Below are positions 35,003 through 45,751 of a DNA stretch of 54,975 bases, in pieces; position 1 is the first letter of the stretch; each line of letters begins with the position of its first letter. The DNA is from Saprolegnia diclina VS20 (Eukaryota), in NCBI RefSeq assembly GCF_000281045.1, contig NW_008246122.1, positions 106,807 to 161,781 of the forward strand, written 5' to 3'. The notes under the pieces are model-generated. The model had not been told where the DNA came from. It did not search any database and saw only the letters and a program-made list of their open reading frames with translations. The position numbers were made by a program, and so were the translations under genes.

Positions 35003-36100
35003 CGCTGGAGCAGCGCGCCTTGATGCGCCTCGAGGTGCAGCGCGTAGTCCACTCTTGCGTGCACCAAAAACTGCCACCGCTGACTTGGGTCTCCATCGGC
35101 AATGTTTGGTTCCTCGAGCGTAAATGGCATCTGTGTGCCGTCACCTTGCCTCAACCCGCCCATGATCCGACAGTGCACGACACGAGTCGAGTGCGCATCC
35201 ACGCGGTCCGCGATCGTCCAGCTCGTCCACTGTTGCGTGAGCGGACTGGACTGGTGCAGCTCGTCGCTCACAACGCTCTGCGCACACACCACGTAGCGCG
35301 CGTCGTCGATGGCCCATTGGCACACGAGGACATTTTCGTCAAACGGCTGCGCTCGGAGTGCGCCAAACGTCGAGGGCAAGCGCAGGTACACCATGTCGGT
35401 GCCCGGCGTGTCCAGAATCGCAGCGCCGTCGGCTTGGAAATGAACGGCGTAGAGGCCCTTGGCGACGTCGTGCAGCGGCATGCGCTCGACGCGGTCGCTC
35501 CACGTGGTCATTTGGTACGAGTCCCCCACCGGCTTGACGACCGTGTGGCGGCCGTCGCTGCTTGGTAGTGCGTCCACGCTCGACAGCACTGCTGGGACGT
35601 TGTGCCAGAGCCGCTGGCCAATCCAGTCGTACGCAATCTGGCGCGCCTCGTTGTGGGCGAGCAGTGTTGTAGCGCCCGTCTAGCAGACAAAAGATGAGCG
35701 CAATCCATCGTCGGTGACAAGATCGTACCGGCGTAGCATGCTGCAGCCACTTTTCTAGAGCCTTGCGCGTGGCGACGTAGCGCTTGACGCGGACGCGGAG
35801 GGCCGAAGCCTGCGCTTGGCTTTCGCTAAGCTCGGCGACAAAGACCGTGGCGATATCACGCCACGTAAGCGCGCTCGCGGGCTTCGTGTGCCGCAAGTGC
35901 ACAATTCTAGCCTCCAGTTGCTCGATTTCGTGCGTCAAGTGCGTCTTTTCTTCGGCTTCCAGCCGCCGGAATGCACGATTCCGGTGCTTGTTGTAGAGCC
36001 GCTTCTTCTCGAGCGCCGACTGTGCCTTCGTCTCGTCGCTTGTCGTCGACGACGCAAGCATCATGCTCGGCGGCGTTGTTGTTTTTGACGTTGGGTGCAT
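34981..36100 (-). CDS. bZIP protein with C-terminal START-like domain, paralog of 30451-31911 (intron ~35680-35728)
   Basis: KKRLYNKHRNRAFR-x9-L zipper, LTWRDIATVF, RQIAYDWIGQRLWHN, RYVVCAQSVVSDE and WTSWTIADR. Inr-like CCATTCTCTAAATTC upstream. Confidence 0.78.
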
Positions 36101-36825
36101 CGACGAGTGAATTTAGAGAATGGCTCCTCGAGCACCACGCTGTGTTGCCGCCACACAACTCATCGGATGACGGTGTTGGCTGCGATGCGTCGGGCCATTA
36201 GTTGTGCGCTGTGTATGGTTGAGTTGCCGGTGCCAGGTGGTGCCACCAGATGGCGCCAAGTGAGAGAGTATGGAGAAAGTGGCACTTACCTCCACTGCAA
36301 GCAACGAGCGATGATCGAGCACGACAGACATCCACGACACTTTATGCACTGAGCTCGTTCGATGCTCTGTCGACGGTGTTGCCAGCTATGGTCGATTGGG
36401 CAGTACTAAGACGGACACTGAGCTTAGGATGCCAATTTTAAGGGTGGTCGGCAGTGCAACGACACAGCACAAGACAATGATCGTGGTTGTTGTCCTCGCT
36501 TTCTTTCGTGCATATGTGGTCATCGGGAGAGCAGAAGCGAGCACTTGCCATGGTCCCGCCGCTGTGCCCATGGTCACCGGGCCTTTCTAAAATACTTTAT
36601 CCCCAAACTCTGTCGTTGTGGAAAGAAACGGGTTGTCCATAACCTGTGGTCGCTGCTGTGGACGACTGGCTTGTAGGGGATTTAAGTGGGACATGGGAGT
36701 GGTGCGGAGGACATGGCAGCTGAGAACGTTGTGTCGTTAGAGCTGTAAACTGTTTCTTTCCAGTTGAGCGACAAGAGTATTGGATACATCCTATTTTACC
36801 TGACCATCGTGTACTATTAGTAGTA

Positions 36826-37369
36826 CAGCGGTGGAAGGAATACAAGGAGGTTAATATGACCTCTAATCCAGCGATCTGATTGGCTGAACGGGCCGGCCGG
36901 TGAGACACTTAAACCCCTTGCAGTTCATATCCTGTGTCAAGCCATAAAAGCTTTTGAATATGATATCTACGATTTGTGTGGATTGTGATGACGCATCGTG
37001 GCCCTAGTGATTACGCATCATGATTAGTAATCAGTCAACACAGCCAAAGGGGATCTTCAGGACCTTACTGACCTCGTCAAAAGGTCTCGTCTGCATCATC
37101 TTAATGGCCTCCACCTTCTCTGTGACTTTGCACCGCTGGCGACGCTTTTTTGGCCTCATGCTCGGCTGGATCGTCTGCAAGACGATACCCAATCGCGGAA
37201 TGGCCGTGACACGTCACATGGCGACACCCATATCGCTTCCCCACACATCTTTATACCTTTCACAATAAATTTTATAAAGTCTCGATGATGCAGTTCGGCC
37301 GGCCCGTTCAGCCAATCAGATCGCTGGATTAGAGGTCATATTAACCTCCTTGTATTCCTTCCACCGCTG
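36826..37369. mobile_element. Non-autonomous Tc1/mariner-superfamily (pogo-like) element, 544 bp
   Basis: Perfect 74-bp TIRs at 36826-36899 and 37296-37369 starting CAGCGG, with TA on both flanks. Contains a minus-strand HTH-like peptide remnant. Confidence 0.88.
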
Positions 37370-38594
37370 TACATAAACTTTCGATGCAGCGATCAAGATA
37401 GCCTTGGGTCGTCCAGGACACGGTATAGTTGACAGGTAAGGCGCATGTTGCTAGCCTGCGCCTAGCAACATGACATGGTCGAATGATGAATTGTCAACTT
37501 GGAGAGTTTGATACAGTGCTTCAAGCCGCCTGCGGGTCGTACACTGCGAGGGAAAACCATTATTGCACGGATCACACGTTGCGTCGTGGACAACAAGGGC
37601 GCCGAAACAGCTGTTCAAGACCCAGAAATCCCGCAACCACGATTTCTGCACGATAAGAACTGAGATACATGTATCGACTGCATGCATAAGGAACAGGAGC
37701 CGTTACCCGATGCGTGTCGACTTGTCGGTTGCCGGTACAAGAGCAACTCGTTGATGCGCTTCCAATGTCTGTGACTCGCTTTTGACAGGCATTCGTAAAC
37801 TGAGGACGCGCGTCAGACCGAGCAATCGAGACGACTGAGGCCAATGCGAAGAGCCGAATTGTAACCGCAAACGAAAAACCAAGTTGCCTCGCCTTTGACT
37901 CTACCGGACGTATATTGCTTCCAACTTGTTCAGTCTTGTTAGAGGAGCACAATATCTCAAGCTCAAGCAACCCGAGCAGCTAGGTGTACTAATAATGTAC
38001 TACTGCGCTCGTATACTACTGTACCATACATAAATGTGTTTCGCGCTATCTTCGTTCTACAAAGACATCGCATACGCAGACTAGCAAGTACTAGTTTACT
38101 GGTGACGTTATATTATCAACTTGATTGTCCACGCTGTCCGTGGGGTAGTAGGAGCCAAACTGTGCTAACGTTACGTCCAACCCTGGAGCACCGATGCGAC
38201 TGTCGCAGAGTGCAGAACCGTCGGACTGGACGGCCAAGTAGTTTGAGTGCTGTGACGCCGAGTTGCCAAGGATGCACACTTCTGCCGGCATCAATCCAAG
38301 AGGCAGACGAAGCAATATTCATTTGGTTGTCATCCCTTCGCCTGCTCACGCGAACGGCTCGACCGCGGGTCCCAATAGACTATATTCTACAAGTAGTACA
38401 GTACTATTATACCAAGTAGTACAATTATTGTACACTGACACTGCGCACACATGCCTTCGTACGGTAGTCATGACGTGGCACCGTGTCCAGCAATGCGTCA
38501 TGCAAGCAGTCGTGTGACGTCACGGTTCACGTCAACGCCATCCTGCTGCGCGCTGATTGGTGCATACGCCATGAATGGTCATTTTTGGATTTCA

Positions 38595-40422
38595 ATGGAA
38601 CTGCCGCCGCCGATTGTGCCCGGCCGCGCCGCCCTCGATGCCATCTGCGCTGACGAGGGCCTGCCCGTCAACGCCGTCCGCATCTTTGTCGCTCTCGCCG
38701 CCTGCTGCGCGGTCGCGCCGCTCTACCACGTGCTGCCGTCGGCGCCGCTGCGTACGCCCGCCATCGCCTCAGCGATATCGTCGTCTAATCCCATAGTAGG
38801 TCACGTGGCCAACGTTGCGCTGGGCCTTGCTGTCGGCTGGTTTGTCTTTGACTACATGCTCGTGCACTCGGTGCTGGCGATCGCTATCACGTACCTGCTC
38901 ATGCTTGCGGCGCCGCGGTACGTCGATCCTCCTTGGCCTTGTCGCCTCATGCGCTTGGCGTAGCGCGATCGTAGGCCGCGTCGTGGCGGTCGTCTTGTTT
39001 GTGTATCTTATTGGCTGCCACTACTACCGCGAACACTACGAGCCCGACTTGGTCTGGGACTCGGCGCAGATGGTGCTCACGATGAAGCTCACGGGCCTCG
39101 CGCTGAGCTACAGCGACGGCGCGCTTTCGGACGACATCAAGACGCCCACCATGCTGCGCAACCAGCTGCGCGAAATTCCGTCGCTGCTCGAGCTTCTCGG
39201 TACGTACTTTGGCGTTTTTGAGTTTGAGTGTTGAGGTTGACGCTGCAGGGTTCATCTACTTTTTCCCGACGTTTCTCGTCGGCCCTGGTTTTGAGTTTCA
39301 CGAGTATATCGCGTGGGCGACAACCCACCGCGTCGCGCCGTGGACTGTCCACGCCAAGAATCTCTTGTTGGCCATCGTACGTACCACCCACATCCATATA
39401 TGCCCATATTGAAATTCCTGACGTGGTTGTAGATGTGTATTGGTCTCTTCTTCGTCTCGGACAACTTTCCGATCGAGACCATTGACGCGCCGACGTTCTA
39501 CCCCGAGCTGCCGTTCGTCGCGCGCTGCCTTCTGCAGTGTCTCTCGGTCGCTTTGTACCGCTTCCGCTTTGTACGTCCATATGAGGCCACGTCGTCTTCT
39601 GACGCCTCAGATCTTATAGTACATGGTGTGGTCACTCGCGGAGCTCGGCGGCGCCTTGGCCGGCTACGGCTACTCGACCGAGCGCAACCAATGGTATATC
39701 CTCATTTCTCAAATGACAAATGTGTCGACACGCACTCACTTCTTAGGGACGGCTTGACCAACAACAACATTCTGTTTGTGGAGCTTCCCGTCAACATGCG
39801 CGTCGCGATCAACGGCTGGAACATCAAGGTCGCGCTGTGGCTCAACACCTGTAGGCTCCATCCTGAAGCTTTTTTTGCTGACATCTTAATCCTGCTATGT
39901 GCTATGTAGATGTTTACCAGCGCGTGGCACTGCGCAAGGGCAAGCCGACGGCGTTCTCGACGCTGGCGTCGTTCATGGTCAGCGCGCTCTGGCACGGTCT
40001 GGCCCCGGGCTACTACATTTTTTTCATCATGGGCGCCTTGTACATTGAAGTTGCCAAGCGTACGACGATGCATTTGGTCAATTTTTGTCGACTCATTTTC
40101 GCGACTAGACATTCGCCGGCGCTACCGGTCGCTCTTCCACTACACGGAAGACCGCAAGGCGCACCCGCACGCGGTCTTTCTCGAGTACTTTTCGCCCGAG
40201 AAGGCGCACCCGCTCGCGCTTCTCTACGATCTGGGCGGTATGTTCTTCACGTGGGTCGCCATGCAGTACGCCGGCATTGCGTTCGAGATTCTGGATCTGC
40301 CGCGCTGCGTGCGTATCTGGAGCTCGTGGTACTTTGCGCCGCCGATTACCGTGGTCGTGCTGCTCGTTTACTTCAATTTGACGACGCCGCGCCGCGCCAG
40401 CAAGGACAAGAAGACCGCATAA
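38595..40422 (+). CDS. MBOAT-family membrane-bound O-acyltransferase (lysophospholipid acyltransferase-like), multi-exon
   Basis: AQMVLTMKL, FFPTFLVGP, NGWNIKVALWL and catalytic SALWHG motifs. Several short GT-AG introns, a C-terminal KDKKTA, and an Inr motif GTCATTTTTGGATTTC at 38578. Confidence 0.9.
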
Positions 40423-40844
40423 GTATCAAGTTGATAGAAATACCCGTCCGCGATGCTGGCAATACCACTCGAGTCTTTACGTTTCCTTGGAAAAGTCGTA
40501 CGCGTGATGGAGGTTCACGGGATGACACAGCTCGACTCGGGTGGAAAATGGCTGGGCGGCAGCTGCGCTATCAGCATATGCAGCTCCAGGATTGGGCATG
40601 CTCGGAGCGTCGTTTGGAGAACGCCCGCTCGGTCAGCGCACTACGGTGCAGCGCCTCGTACGTGGCTGGCTTGCTACGCAGAGGCGACCTGGCCACGTGT
40701 TGCGACGATGATCACCAAGATGCTGTCTTCAAGTGAATGAATGCCCGACCACCCGCCTTGTCGCGGCCTGCGATGCGTCATGCTCGTGGCTCGTGCCCAC
40801 ACAGTTTGTTGCCTTGAGCAAAGAACGGAAGAGTGCCAAGTGCA

Positions 40845-41132
40845 TTAGTCCATTTCGGCGGCCTGGGCGAGCAGAAGCGCGTCGAGCCGCTCCTTGTTGC
40901 GCTTGGCAATCACGCGCTGGATCATGGCCTTCTCGTGGTCCGTCTTGGTCGCCCAGTCGGTGATGCGCATGAGCGACCCGTCCACCTGCACGACCATGGG
41001 CCCAAGGTGGTCGAGCGCGACCGCGTTGCCGCCCGCGGTGACGTTGATCGGCGCACCGCCGGGCGTCGGCGTCGACGCTGGCAGCGCGAGCATCTCTTGG
41101 GGCATCTCTTGGGGCGTCTCGTCGGTCGACAT
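40845..41132 (-). CDS. Small conserved hypothetical protein (95 aa)
   Basis: LDHLGPMVVQVDGSLMRITDW...VIAKRNKERL resembles a small uncharacterised family I recall from fungi and protists. Codon usage is coding-like. Confidence 0.72.
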   Translation of the reverse strand: MSTDETPQEMPQEMLALPASTPTPGGAPINVTAGGNAVALDHLGPMVVQVDGSLMRITDWATKTDHEKAMIQRVIAKRNKERLDALLLAQAAEMD

Positions 41133-41606
41133 GCTGATTTCTTGGTCTCTGGCGAATCAAATTAGCGTCCAAATCGCTTGAATTACGGGAATCTCGAGAT
41201 GGTCCAAAAACGTCCACTTGAGGTCCATCAACGCCCGCGACGTCGACAGTAGTAAGACAGCCGACAGCATGGTGCCTCATGCACGCGTCTTATACACAAG
41301 ACGTCGTACGTGGTCTATCCAGGGGCTTCCATGACCAGAGCGGCGCGGTTGGAGAGCCACTCGTATTTTTACGGTGCGGTCCTGAAAATACCTTAACAAT
41401 GCAGCTAAACAAACGCAACCATACCGTCGTAGCGGCCAATCACAGGCATTCGTTGCCGATCCACCAGGAAAGGTCATGAGTGCGGGACGACCTCTTTTGT
41501 CTAATACTAACGTTGTACCTACACCGAGTTGACGCTGCAGGATAGACTGAGAAGAGTTGACAAAGTGTTGATAAATAATAGAGTGTGCAAGTGCTGCTAC
41601 AAACGC

Positions 41607-42941
41607 CTAGTTGGTGGCTGCGAGCCATGGATGGGACTGCAGCGTCGACGTTGACGCCCGATGGCGCGGCTTGCGTTGAAGCATGCTCATGACAAAGTCC
41701 TGCGCGTCGGCCGACAGAAGCGCCCATGTCGCTTGCGGGCGCACCATTTGCCCTTGGCGCATGCGCTCCAGAAGCTGTCCTTTGGTCGCGCCTTGAAACG
41801 GGGCGACACCGAGAAGGTAGTTGTACAGAAGAACACCGGCGCTAAAGACATCCGTGGCGCTCGAGACGGGCAGCGGACCGTCGTCGCCGATCGAGAGCAG
41901 CTCGGGTGCGAGGTACCCTGGTGTACCCCGCACCGCGTCGTGGAGTGCGTTCTTGGGGTCATAGGCACTCGGCCGCATCGCAAGGCCAAAGTCGATGAGC
42001 ACGAGTTGCGTGCAATCATCCTCGAGGGTCTTGAAGAGGATGTTGGCCGGCTTGAGGTCGAGGTGCAGCACATCGGCGCCGTGTAAAAGCTCCAAGATGC
42101 CGAGCAGCGAGCGCATGAGCCGTTTTGCCGCCGCTTCCCGCGAGGCGACGTTGGCCGATGAGAGCGGGGGCAGGCTCCGCATACGATCGTGGAGCGACCC
42201 GCCATCGTAGCGAGGCAGCACGAGACCGGTGGCCTGCTGCTCTTGGAGGTCAAAGGCCTTGACGAGCGATGGCACATGCGCTTGCAAGGCCGGCGACGCC
42301 GTCGACAGATGACACAGAATTGCAATCTCGTTCTCGACAAGGTCCTTCTGACCAACCACGAGCTTGACAACGAGGTCCGTCGGCGCATTCTGCAGCACGA
42401 GGCTGTGCACGAACGCGCTGCCGCCCGACCCGAGGACCGGCCCGAGGTGGTACTTGGCCAGATATGCTTGGGCGACCATCGCCGCCTCGAGCGCTGTCGT
42501 CCACGATGCGCACTGGTCGTGGCTCGACGTGTAAAATGTAAACGCTTTGCCGTCGTCAAAGAGCTGGAAGCAGCTGCCGTCGACGGCGACGTCGACACGC
42601 GAAAGCGGATTGATCGAGAGCACGTGCGTCGGCGACGACTTGTACACGCCGGGCCCGGTGCGTGGGAACCATCGCCACGTGTAGCCGTCAAAGTCGACCC
42701 AGCAGTCGGTGGCGTCCGAGGTCTTTTGGCGCTTCCATTGCAGCCACCGAAAGCGCTTGGAAAAGTTGCGTTCTTGCAGCACCCCGTGGAGCTCGGGGAC
42801 CTTGATGTGCACGGCGTTGGTTGTCGGGTGGTGGCGCACGTCGGGCAGCGACAGCGTCACCATCGGGGTTGAGACCGACGACGACGACGACGCGAACGAG
42901 GACCGCGTCTCGGGACTCGAGTGGCGGGTCGCAATGCGCAT
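41607..42941 (-). CDS. PH-domain Ser/Thr protein kinase (CAMK-like)
   Basis: PH-like region (GVLQER...W...CFQL...QCASWTTAL), then GSGGSAFV, VVK, HLDLKPAN, DFG and GTPGYLAPE. Confidence 0.87.
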   Translation of the reverse strand: MRIATRHSSPETRSSFASSSSSVSTPMVTLSLPDVRHHPTTNAVHIKVPELHGVLQERNFSKRFRWLQWKRQKTSDATDCWVDFDGYTWRWFPRTGPGVYKSSPTHVLSINPLSRVDVAVDGSCFQLFDDGKAFTFYTSSHDQCASWTTALEAAMVAQAYLAKYHLGPVLGSGGSAFVHSLVLQNAPTDLVVKLVVGQKDLVENEIAILCHLSTASPALQAHVPSLVKAFDLQEQQATGLVLPRYDGGSLHDRMRSLPPLSSANVASREAAAKRLMRSLLGILELLHGADVLHLDLKPANILFKTLEDDCTQLVLIDFGLAMRPSAYDPKNALHDAVRGTPGYLAPELLSIGDDGPLPVSSATDVFSAGVLLYNYLLGVAPFQGATKGQLLERMRQGQMVRPQATWALLSADAQDFVMSMLQRKPRHRASTSTLQSHPWLAATN

Positions 42942-43151
42942 GGTGTAAAATGGGAAATGGCAAATGGCAAAGTCGATATCGAAGCAGCGAGCAGTGGGAT
43001 TGCGTGGCGTTGTTAGGTTGCTTGGTTGTCACAGAGATTCGCCACGTCAAAGACGCACCCAAACTTGAAATAGAGCACCGGCGCCTTGGACATATCGCAG
43101 CGGACCCGTTGCAAGCACGGCAATGTACCGACGTGCGCCGGTGGCATGAAG

Positions 43152-44780
43152 CAGAGATCTGCATGGGATTTTTTGACCCACCCAGCCCAGCCCATTGGTT
43201 GAAAAATATTTTTCGACCCACCCAGCCCGGCCCATGGGGTCTTCGACCCACCCAGACCCAACCCATTGTCCGGGCAGGTCAACCCAGCCCAACCCGACCC
43301 ATACCCATTGACCCATGGGTCAATGGGTCTAATGTAAAATCTCCAATCAAAACCATTGAGGACGAAGAAGAAAAGAGAAAGTTTGGTGCGGGTGGAATAC
43401 AAGCGTTCAGAAAGAGAGAGTTCAAATCTCAGAGGAGCAATATAGGCGGCGGATATAAAAGGGGTAATTTTGCAGCAAGTAAACAGAGGGAGCCTCACAT
43501 ATTCTTTTTGTCTTTGAGGAAGGAGCGATGAAACAAAATGTCGTTGGCGACGCCAGGCTTCAGGCGATTGCGCAGCTTCGTGATAGTGATGCCAGCATCC
43601 GAGAAGTTACTTTCGGACTTGGCACTGGACGCAGGCACGGCGAAGACACACCAAACGACGAACTGAAGCGCAGGCATACTCGTTTGTTTCTTCCACCACT
43701 CGAGTACGGAGTAGGAGATGCGCTCTTCGGGGGCAACCTTCATCGCCAAGTAGCGCTCATCTCGATATCCACGCAGCTGGCGCTGGAATCCTCAGAGCAG
43801 AGGGTCACACATGCGCACTTCGCTGCCTTCTTCGCCTCCGCGTTCACCGTGGGGGTCATCGCGTGGTCCAAGATGCTGGTCTGTGTTGTTGGTGGCAGGG
43901 CTGTGCCATGATGGCGAAACGCGAGGTGGGCCAGTCGATGGCCATGTCGATGGTGTCGTTGCCATTGAGGAGATTCTCGACTCGCTACTGGGATGTAAGC
44001 GAAAGCGCTGGCAAGTCTGTGGCCGCTCATCGTGTCTTTTCTGACACCGCCGACAGGAGTGCCGGGCACTTGTGGCGGTTGAGCGAGCTTGTACCAAATG
44101 CGGATTGCATGTTGAAGACTTGAAAGCACTGCTTGCATGCCACAAAGTATTATCCAGGGGCTGTGTTTATCGCAGCCTTAACGTTGTCCTTGAGCACTAC
44201 CCGAAAGCGGTCCCAGCACATGGATGTGGCTTTCGGTGGTTTCCCCAGCTTGAACTGGGGGTTTCGCAAGGAAAGCGCGCGTCCGATGGCTCTGGCCTCC
44301 GTAACAAGCTCACTTGTTGGGCATGTTGGGCACACGTGAGAGGGAGTCGTAGCGGCAGGCGAAGAGCTTGGTCCGGGAGACGAAAGCAAGTCACGGATTG
44401 AGGACATGAAGATCACCGCAAGAAGACTGAAGTGTTGTCGAGAGATGACAAAACTGGGGTCATTATTCACACATATTAGCTGTCGGCATTCACGAGGCGG
44501 GAGTCGGCGGAGCTCTCGGTGGCATGACCGCATCACGCATTCAGAAGCCACGAGTCGTCATGGGACGTCGTCGCCATTCGCTGACGATTACGTGGGTCAG
44601 CATGGGTCAGGGCCACTGCCCATGTGCCACCCGGACCCAACCCATGTTTTTTTCGGGCCGACCCAGCCCAACCCGGCCCACCACAATTGTTTTTCGACCC
44701 ACCCAGCTCGGCCCACGAGCCCGGGTTGGGCCGAGCCGAGTCATGGGTCATGGGCCAATGGGTCATTTTGCAGATCTCTG
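43152..44780 (-). mobile_element. Internally deleted hAT DNA transposon, 1629 bp
   Basis: 12-bp TIR CAGAGATCTGCA and exact 8-bp TSD GCATGAAG (43144-43151 and 44781-44788). Subterminal GACCCA/CCCAGC repeats plus BED-finger and dimerisation-domain remnants. Confidence 0.93.
43495..44407 (-). pseudogene. hAT transposase remnant (BED zinc finger and C-terminal dimerisation domain; catalytic core missing)
   Basis: TSMCWDRF...*YFVACKQC...GTSSLNRHKC with an in-frame TAA at 44150-44152, and LEWWKK...PASSAKSESNFSDAG...RNRL at the C-terminus. Confidence 0.88.
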
Positions 44781-45751
44781 GCATGAAGGTCGCATTGAGA
44801 GGTCGTACGATCGTTGGTGCCTTCGGTGCATGTCGGTGCATTGCTGTGCTGTGACCGCGGTGGGAGCCAATACTGCGAGTGTGGTTCGCCAAGTGCACAT
44901 GTGCAGTTGGCTCGCTTGCAGTTGGCTATTTGATCTACCAACTAGAACGTGCTAGAACTGGATCCACGGAGTCCAGAAGGCGTGTCCTTGTCGACTTCTT
45001 TAAGGTTAGCGGTTCAGACACTGATTTACCATCAGGAGCTACCACCAGGAGATCCGGGTTCAAGTCCCGGAAAGAGCCACTTTCGGATTCACTGCAAAGG
45101 CCGTTCTTGACGACGTTCTCTCGCATCTTGGCAGAGTCGTCGCTGGGAAAAAGAGCACCCGATTCCACTGTTCTGACGCCAGCTAAATTTCCGTCGTGCA
45201 AGCGTCTGTCAAGGATCGCTGTGATCACCACCAGCGCACGGCCGTCATGCATGTTGCTCACAGGCATGACGTACTCGAGTATCGGTATTTGAACAACATT
45301 TGACGCACGGTACCCATGATACCGAGCGCAGCCGCTTGTAGCCTTGGCAACGGTTGTGCTTCCAGCGTTGAATTCAACGAGGTTGCAGCATTAAGAAGTA
45401 GTACAACAGTAGTATCTCTTTGTTGATCCTTGCACGCACACCGCTTGGTTTGGCTATCCAATTTTCCAGTCGACGTGCTGGAAAGCCGAGTCGCTTCATG
45501 GCTCAACAGACCACCACTCGGCGCTCGCCGATGCATGATCAGTTGTCCCATGCGGGCGTAGCAAGTACAGTGTGATTGCGTGAAGATCGAGTTTGGCAAC
45601 AGCACCCATGCTTGGGGTCAAGAGGTCGTAGCATTCAATGTCGACTGGTGGCAACGACATATGTACACTGTAGTCGCTCGCTGCGTTTGGCAATGCACAC
45701 TGCTGCCACGACACGTGCGCCAAGCACCGCTTACGTGGCGCCACGTTAGCG

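Noticed and set aside
43175..43330. Short repeated units resembling a CRISPR or telomere-like array
   Set aside because: Spacing is irregular with no unique spacers. They are hAT subterminal repeats mirrored at 44594-44765.
44150..44152. Stop read-through or recoding in the BED-finger frame
   Set aside because: The element has other disruptions and lacks its catalytic core, so simple decay explains it.
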